64,000 nt of DNA from Capsulimonadaceae bacterium (GTDB lineage Bacteria; Armatimonadota; Armatimonadia; Armatimonadales; Capsulimonadaceae), in contig OZ244065.1 in assembly GCA_965215505.1 (NCBI GenBank), positions 2,656,001 through 2,720,000 of the forward strand, given 5' to 3'. Below the pieces are notes generated by a model. It made no database searches, was not told the DNA's origin, and worked only from the letters and a program-made list of their open reading frames with translations. Below are positions 58,016-64,000 of the stretch, in pieces (position 1 is the first letter of the stretch; the number at the start of each line of letters is the position of its first letter). Made by a program: the position numbers and the translations under genes.

Positions 58016-61000
58016 TCATGGCACCGCCGTCCCCGCCGTCCTCCCATCGGGGAAAAGCTGGATTCCGTCGATCTTCGGCTCGTCCACCGACCCGCGCGTG
58101 AGGGCGATTCGGATGCGCCCGTCGCGCCCCGGCGCGAGGCCGGGGAAGTCGCGGACGACGGCCTTGTCCTTGCCGCCCGCCTCGGCGAAGATGTCGAAGT
58201 CGGTCAAGACGCGCCGCCGGTTGATGTCCACGTTGAAGCGCCGCTCGCCCGCCGCGTCGTAGGTGGTTTCGGCGAAGTGCAGGCGGACGGTGTAGGTCTG
58301 ACCGGCGGGCGGGAGCAGGCTATAGGTGCAGGCCCCCCAGCGCTCGGACTGATAAACGGCGGGCGGGGCGGCATTGGGGGCGCTGACGTCTACCGTGTCG
58401 GCGACGGTCTTAGTGTTGCCCCCCGTGTAGCCCGTGTCGGCGAGGAAGCCGCCTGGTCCGACGGGCGGGGGCGGGCCAAACGTGTAGAAGCCTGGCCCAT
58501 TGCCGCTGCCGCCGCAGCGGATGCTCAGGAGGCGCGGCGCGGCAGTGATGATTCCGGCCCGGACGGGCACCCGGACCGCCCCGGCGTTCGGGACGACCCG
58601 GACGGCGCTCGAGACCGTCGTGGCGGTCGGCTTGACCGTCACGTTCCAGCCGTCCACGGCCAGCACGGGCGGCTCGCCGCCCAAGTCCGACGCCTGCGCT
58701 TCGACGGTGATAGTCCGGCCCTCGCCGGGCAGGAGGGAGACGTAGTTGTCGCTGTAGAAGACCGGCAGGACCCGCGTATTGGAATGGGCCTTCCTCAGTT
58801 GCAGGTGTGCCATCAGGGCGACGGACTTTGCCGGGTTGTGCAGGGCGACGGTCAGGAAGCACTTCCCGCCCACGTCATGCCGCGCGGCGGTGGCAGTCAG
58901 TGTGACGGTCGGCAGCGTGTCCAGAGCTTGCAGGTCGTCCGGGTGGGCCGGGTCTGCGCGCCAGTAGAAGTTGTCCGAAAGCAGCTTATGCCCGGCGTCG
59001 CGCAGCTCGGTCTTGACGAAATGCACGGCGGAGAGCGCGGCGGGGAAGGCGATCGCGTCCGTGTCCGTGGCCGCGCTCGGGGCCGCCGTCAGCGTGTCCG
59101 AGTGCGTGTAGGCGAGGCTGGCGTCGAGGTTGTAGACGGAGGTTCGCGCCGTGACGCCCGCCAGCGCCGCCGCCGTGTTGTTGACGACGATGACGTGTCC
59201 GTCAGTTTCATTCATCTGGACATGGATAGGCTCGCAGGCGCGGCGCGTGGCGAACAGCGAGGCGCTCGGCTCCAAATCCCAGGAATAGAGCTGCCAGACG
59301 AACGAGGGCTGGGCCGGGTTGCTCATCCAGGTCAGCACACCCGTCGTCGGCCGGAATAGCTTGGCGCTCCGGCCCTCGTACATCGCCCGATACGCCTCAA
59401 AGTTCATCATCTGCGCCTTGCGGACGAAGTCGGCCAGGCTGAGGGCACGCCCGTAACGCGCGGCCAACGTGTCGGGATACCAGTCGCCGCCCTGCGCGCC
59501 GCGCAGGAAGTCGTGTTCGGCCCAGTCGTCGTTGATCGTGTTCCAATCTTTCTTAGGCATCATGCCCTGGACGGCTTCAAGCGTCGGCACGGACACCGAC
59601 CCGAGTTCGGTCTTGAACGCCTCCGTGTAGCGGTAATACTCGCGCGGCGCGCGCCAGAAGTACGGCCCGCCGGAGTTGACGCCACGCCCCGACGTGGAGG
59701 AGTGCTGGTAGAGCCGCTGCGGCTCCAGGGCGGTCATCAAAGCCTGGATGCCCTGGTCAATGGCGGGCTGCGGGTCGCCCTCGTTGCGCGCGCACCAGAG
59801 GGCGATGGAGGGGTGATTGCGGAAGCGCAGCATCTTCTCGCGGACATTGGCGAGGTACAGGGCGGCATCGTCCGGGTTCGGCCCGTCCGAAGGGTTCGGC
59901 TGGAAGAACTCATCCCAGACTAAAATCCCGTACTTGTCGCACAGGTCATAGAAGCCTTCGCTCGTACTCTGCCCGACCCAGTTGCGGATCATGGTGTAGT
60001 TGGCAAGTTTATGCATCCGCACCTGGGCGTTCAGACGTCTGAGGCCGATGCGCTTCATGGCCTCGTCCATGCCCCAGTCGCCGCCCTTGCAGAAGACGGG
60101 TACGCCGTTGACGACCAGGGTCAGGTTGTCCGAGCCGGGGACGGCGTAGGTGATGCTGCGGACGCCGAACGACACGTCCTGACCGTCCGAGGTTCCCGCC
60201 GCCGTCTCGAAGGCGAAATGCATCTTGTAAAGATTCTGCGGCCCGTAGCCGTTCGGCCACCACAGACGTGGGTTGGCGACATGGAGCGCGTGTGTCGTCG
60301 CAGGCGTCACCGTGACGGTCTTCGTCTCCATAGCGGCCAGTGTGACAGGCTGCCGGAAGACGATGCCGCTTGCGGCTTTCCCCGTTAGGACGCCCGATTG
60401 GGGCTGGTCGGTGATGTTCCGCACCGTCGCCGTGACGGACAGGTCGGCGCTGTCGGTGCGCGGCAGGGGCAGTGTGGAGGCCACGAACGGGTCGGAGACG
60501 GTCACCGGACCCGTCGCCAGCACCGTGACGCCCTGCCACAGCCCCATGTCGCGGTCGCGGATGCCGGGTATCCAGTCCCAGCCCACCGTGCAGAGGAACG
60601 TCGGGCCGTCCCGCGCCGTCTCGCCGCCGTTCCTGCCGGTACCCGCCGCGACCGTCTGCTCCTCCGGTGCGCCCGGATGCGGCAGCGGCAGTATCCGCAC
60701 GGCCAGCGCCCCCGCCTGCCCCGGCGTCACATACGCGGTCACGTCGAACAGGCCCCGCGCGAAGGCCCCCCGGACCGTCCCCGCCGGGTGCCCGTTGACC
60801 CACACCTCGGCGGCGTAGTTGACGCCGTCGAACCGCAGCCAGACGTGTCTGCCCGCGTAGGACGCCGGAACGGTCAGCGCCCGGCGATACCAATAGGCCG
60901 TCCGGCACAGGCTCTCGGGTATCTTGTCCGGCCGGTTGTTCTCCCCGTACAGCGGCTCCGGGTAGACGCCGTCGGCTACCAGCGAGGTCAAGACGGTGCC

Positions 61001-61207
61001 TGGGACGACGGCCGTGTGCCAGCCGCGCGGCTGGTACTCCGCGCGGGAGACGGACGGGGCAGGCGCAGGCACCTTGGCGGCGTCCTGAAGCTTCCAGCCC
61101 GCATTGAGGGAGAGCGGCACAGGCAGGGGCGCGGCGCTGAGGCGGGGCGCGTGGGCGAGGAACACGAAGGTCAGCAGGAGGAGCATCGTCAGGGGGAAAC
61201 GGTTCAT
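58016..61207 (-). CDS. Secreted GH2 glycoside hydrolase (beta-mannosidase/exo-glucosaminidase-like) with a C-terminal malectin domain
   Basis: FDGVNYAAEVWVNG, GWDWIP, LWWPNGYG, RNHPSIALWCARNE, FKTELG; VYQSERWG..RLHFAE..FDIFAEAGG. Confidence 0.92.
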   Translation of the reverse strand: MNRFPLTMLLLLTFVFLAHAPRLSAAPLPVPLSLNAGWKLQDAAKVPAPAPSVSRAEYQPRGWHTAVVPGTVLTSLVADGVYPEPLYGENNRPDKIPESLCRTAYWYRRALTVPASYAGRHVWLRFDGVNYAAEVWVNGHPAGTVRGAFARGLFDVTAYVTPGQAGALAVRILPLPHPGAPEEQTVAAGTGRNGGETARDGPTFLCTVGWDWIPGIRDRDMGLWQGVTVLATGPVTVSDPFVASTLPLPRTDSADLSVTATVRNITDQPQSGVLTGKAASGIVFRQPVTLAAMETKTVTVTPATTHALHVANPRLWWPNGYGPQNLYKMHFAFETAAGTSDGQDVSFGVRSITYAVPGSDNLTLVVNGVPVFCKGGDWGMDEAMKRIGLRRLNAQVRMHKLANYTMIRNWVGQSTSEGFYDLCDKYGILVWDEFFQPNPSDGPNPDDAALYLANVREKMLRFRNHPSIALWCARNEGDPQPAIDQGIQALMTALEPQRLYQHSSTSGRGVNSGGPYFWRAPREYYRYTEAFKTELGSVSVPTLEAVQGMMPKKDWNTINDDWAEHDFLRGAQGGDWYPDTLAARYGRALSLADFVRKAQMMNFEAYRAMYEGRSAKLFRPTTGVLTWMSNPAQPSFVWQLYSWDLEPSASLFATRRACEPIHVQMNETDGHVIVVNNTAAALAGVTARTSVYNLDASLAYTHSDTLTAAPSAATDTDAIAFPAALSAVHFVKTELRDAGHKLLSDNFYWRADPAHPDDLQALDTLPTVTLTATAARHDVGGKCFLTVALHNPAKSVALMAHLQLRKAHSNTRVLPVFYSDNYVSLLPGEGRTITVEAQASDLGGEPPVLAVDGWNVTVKPTATTVSSAVRVVPNAGAVRVPVRAGIITAAPRLLSIRCGGSGNGPGFYTFGPPPPVGPGGFLADTGYTGGNTKTVADTVDVSAPNAAPPAVYQSERWGACTYSLLPPAGQTYTVRLHFAETTYDAAGERRFNVDINRRRVLTDFDIFAEAGGKDKAVVRDFPGLAPGRDGRIRIALTRGSVDEPKIDGIQLFPDGRTAGTAVP

Positions 61208-61232
61208 GGTGGGCCTTTGGGGATGTGTTGGA

Positions 61233-61421
61233 GGGCGAACACAAGGTTCGCCCCTACGGGGGCAGGCGAATGATCGTAGGGGCGCCGCTTGCCGCGCCCT
61301 CTTGTGGGGCCGCGCCCTCTTGTGGGGCCGCGCCCTCTTGTGGGGCCGCGCCCTCTTGTGGGGCCGCGCCCCCTTGTAGCGCGCGCCCTCTTGATGAGGG
61401 CGCGATGAATCGCGCCCCTAC
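61233..61421. repeat. Three GTAG-type REPs with an 18-bp tandem (4 copies plus degenerate ones)
   Basis: Unit GCCGCGCCCTCTTGTGGG; the last REP's GTAG contains the TAG stop of the lactonase gene. Confidence 0.92.
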
Positions 61422-62338
61422 TGGCTGCCGACCCCATGCGTCTGCATCTTCATCGCGTACAGGCCCTTGCTGGCCGTGATGAACAGCGTCTTCCGGTCCG
61501 ACCCGCCGAAGCAGACGTTGCCGGTCCAGCCCTCCGCCACGGGGATGTGGGCGACCTGCTGGCCCGCCTTATCGAAGACGGTGACGCCGTGGCCTGTCAG
61601 GTACACGTTGCCCGCGCTGTCAATCGTCATGCCGTCCGACCCCAGGGTGCAGAACAGGCGCTTCCCCGACAGGCTGCCGTCTTTCTCAATCGCATAGGCA
61701 TACGTCCGGCCCGCGCCGATGTCCGAGACGTAGAGCGTTTTGCCGTCCGGCGTCCCGATGATGCCGTTCGGCTGGGTCATGTCCGTCGCGACCTGGCGCA
61801 ATGTCTTGTGGTCGGGCGTGAGGAAAAACACATATTGCCCCGGCTGCTCCATCGGCCCGCGCTTCCAGTAGTCGCGCTTGTAGAACGGGTCGGTGAGGTA
61901 CAGCCCGCCGTCGGGCCGTATCCAGACGTCGTTCGGGCCGTTGAGCAGCTTCCCGCCGCCGTCCTTGACGATGACCGTGGCCTTGCCTTCGGGCGTGATG
62001 CGCCAGAGCTGGTTGTTCTCGTCGGCGCAGGCCCACAGGTCCCCCGCCGCGTCAAAGCACAGGCCATTGGACCGCCCGCACGGCGACAGGAAGACGGACA
62101 GCTTGCCGTCCACGCCCCACTTCAAAATCTTGTCGTTCGGCTGGTCGGTGAAGAAGACGTTCCCGTGCGCGTCGCAGGCCGGCCCTTCGGTGAACGAGAA
62201 GCCGTCCGCCAGCTTCTCCAGCGCCGCGCCCGGCGCGATGGGGCTTGGCGTCTCCGGGGCCACGCCGGGGCCTGGCGCGGCCTGGACGATTGACACGAGG
62301 AGCAGGGCGGCCAGGGCGATGAGGAGAGTGATGTTCAT
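61418..62338 (-). CDS. SMP-30/gluconolactonase family protein
   Basis: FTEGP, SNGL, LNGPND, YLTDP, PNGI, SDGMTID. Confidence 0.93.
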   Translation of the reverse strand: MNITLLIALAALLLVSIVQAAPGPGVAPETPSPIAPGAALEKLADGFSFTEGPACDAHGNVFFTDQPNDKILKWGVDGKLSVFLSPCGRSNGLCFDAAGDLWACADENNQLWRITPEGKATVIVKDGGGKLLNGPNDVWIRPDGGLYLTDPFYKRDYWKRGPMEQPGQYVFFLTPDHKTLRQVATDMTQPNGIIGTPDGKTLYVSDIGAGRTYAYAIEKDGSLSGKRLFCTLGSDGMTIDSAGNVYLTGHGVTVFDKAGQQVAHIPVAEGWTGNVCFGGSDRKTLFITASKGLYAMKMQTHGVGSQ

Positions 62339-63342
62339 GGTGCCTCCAGTGGCGCGGGACTGAGGAAATGGTTCGCCTTCAGCCAGGCCGCGCAGCGGTC
62401 CGGCCAGGCGGCGGGTTCGCCGCCGTGGACGCCCAGGCCGAAGCCGTGGCCGCCCGTCTTCAATCGCAGGAACTCATGCGGGACGTTGGCCCGCTTCAAG
62501 GCGTCGGCGAACAGGACACTATTCTGCACGCTGACCGGATCATCCTCCGCCTGCACCAGAAACGTCGGCGGCGTCCGGGCCGTCACCTGTTCATCGCTGG
62601 AATAGCGCGTGACCAGCAGCGGGTCGGCGGGGACGCCCAGCAGGTTGTCCCGGTTGCCCACATTGACGACCGGCGGGCGCATCGTGATGACCGGATAGCC
62701 CAGTATGAGGAAGTCGGGCCGGCTGCTTTGCCGCGCGACCTCATCCAGCGCCTTCAGGTCCCCCGCGTCGAAGTGGGTGGCGACGGACGACGCCAGATGC
62801 CCGCCCGCCGAGAAGCCCATGATCCCGACCCGGTGCGGGTCGATCCCCCATTCCCGCGCGCGGTCGCGCACCAGCCGGATGGCCTGCTGACCGTCCTGAA
62901 TCGGCCACGGCGTCTCCGCCCGGCTCATCTGGGCCGTCGGCAGCCGGTACTTCAGTACGATCCCCGCCACCCCGTAGGAGACGAACCGCCGCGCCACGTC
63001 GTACCCTTCCAGGTCCATCGCCTCCCCGCCATAGCCCCCGCCGGGGCAGATGACAACAGCGGCACCCGTGGCCTTCCCCTTCGGCGGCAGATAGACCGTC
63101 AGGGTCGGCCACCGAACACCCGTCACCCAGATGATCTGGTGCCCCGTCTCGCCCTGAAGCACGCTCTTCTCGGTCGCCGTGTCCGCCGCCGTCAGCGGCC
63201 TGTCCGGGTAGAGGGCATACGTCACCGGCGGGGCAGCGGCAGCACTGGCGGGTACTTCCTGGGCGAAGCCGCGCCCGGCGAGGCCGAGGAGAAGCAGAGC
63301 AAGCGCGAGGCGGGCGAGTTTATGTGGTGTGTGCAATGACAT
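62335..63342 (-). CDS. Secreted alpha/beta hydrolase (BD-FAE-like carbohydrate esterase)
   Basis: VICPGGGY, LKYRLP, GFSAGGHL, RPDFLILGYPVI, GGHGFG. Confidence 0.9.
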   Translation of the reverse strand: MSLHTPHKLARLALALLLLGLAGRGFAQEVPASAAAAPPVTYALYPDRPLTAADTATEKSVLQGETGHQIIWVTGVRWPTLTVYLPPKGKATGAAVVICPGGGYGGEAMDLEGYDVARRFVSYGVAGIVLKYRLPTAQMSRAETPWPIQDGQQAIRLVRDRAREWGIDPHRVGIMGFSAGGHLASSVATHFDAGDLKALDEVARQSSRPDFLILGYPVITMRPPVVNVGNRDNLLGVPADPLLVTRYSSDEQVTARTPPTFLVQAEDDPVSVQNSVLFADALKRANVPHEFLRLKTGGHGFGLGVHGGEPAAWPDRCAAWLKANHFLSPAPLEAP

Positions 63343-63345
63343 TCT

Positions 63346-64000
63346 TCACTTCATATGGGCCTCTGGGCCGGTCTGAGTTGGCGTAACCCCGTAAAGATAA
63401 AGTTTTGCCCAAAACCCCGAGGCAGCAGTGTTGGACAGGTAGAACGAAAATCTGCCGGGACATACCGCCGCCTCATCCTCATGCCTGACGCTGAAAAAGG
63501 TGTGCCCCGCGTAGGGAGAGATATTCAGCCTGGAAGCGAACGCCGCCAGCGTGGGACGGAACAACTGCGGCGGGCAGGAATAAAGGCTTTCGCCCGCGTC
63601 AGCACCTTGCCGCGTGTAAATCCATTCAACAGGGCGTTCCCAGCCGGTGGCTTCAGCTTCCAGCCGCCCATTCCCGCGCGACAGAAGCAACCCGATCAAA
63701 TAGTGAGGCAGGCTGTGTGGCTCTGACGGTGACAGGATGCGCTTGAGCGGGATGCCGTCAGGAAAAAAATCCTGTGGCACCTCCGCGCCTTCGACTCTGG
63801 TTTCAGCTTTCAGGCGGTTGAAAACCTCTTCCGTCAGCGGGAGTACCCGCATCCCCAAGTCAGAGAACGAGTTGAACCAACCTACTTTTAAGCCGTGGGC
63901 AACCAAATCGGACGCCGAGTAGCGCAGGTGCTGAACGCTGTCCCCATCCACGACCGCCCAACTTCGCAGATTTTGAGTCGAGACGAGGTCACGAAGATAC
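63346..64000 (-). CDS. Hypothetical protein (5' end probably outside the window)
   Basis: Frame is open to the window edge; AT-richer codons. Confidence 0.55.
   Translation of the reverse strand, partial: YLRDLVSTQNLRSWAVVDGDSVQHLRYSASDLVAHGLKVGWFNSFSDLGMRVLPLTEEVFNRLKAETRVEGAEVPQDFFPDGIPLKRILSPSEPHSLPHYLIGLLLSRGNGRLEAEATGWERPVEWIYTRQGADAGESLYSCPPQLFRPTLAAFASRLNISPYAGHTFFSVRHEDEAAVCPGRFSFYLSNTAASGFWAKLYLYGVTPTQTGPEAHMK

Noticed and set aside
1-64000. tRNA, rRNA, prophage or transposase genes
   Set aside because: None was recognisable in the sequence or the ORF track.

Overview
GC-rich bacterial chromosomal segment. The gene content suggests Armatimonadota (Capsulimonas-like), based on the DUF1559/H-X9-DG prepilin-like proteins, CRTAC1/ASPIC-UnbV proteins and a GntR-LacI regulator; this taxonomy is inference. 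About 60 CDS. Housekeeping genes include pgk, an actinobacterial-type sdhCAB interrupted by an HNH cassette, mpg, photolyase and yggL. Signalling genes include two HD-GYP proteins preceded by a tiny Trp-ending peptide ORF, a Ser/Thr kinase with PP2C phosphatase, and flotillin with an NfeD-like partner. There is also a circularly permuted ATP-grasp/alpha-E pair and a glycan-related block at 46-63 kb (GH44, two CRTAC1, three DUF1559, GntR-LacI, GH2-malectin, lactonase, esterase). No rRNA, tRNA, CRISPR array or transposase was seen. Intergenic DNA is dense in REP/REPIN-like palindromes of several families, often with micro-tandem duplications anchored on the REP arm. The best candidates for undescribed biology are: (1) the peptide/HD-GYP cassette; (2) the DUF1559-CRTAC1 locus with a shared GACTAGT operator and a 167-bp perfect inverted repeat; (3) a recurrent PGVWPP(P/A)P tail motif on membrane proteins; (4) REP-anchored tandem amplification. 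All product calls come from motif recognition by eye, not from database searches.
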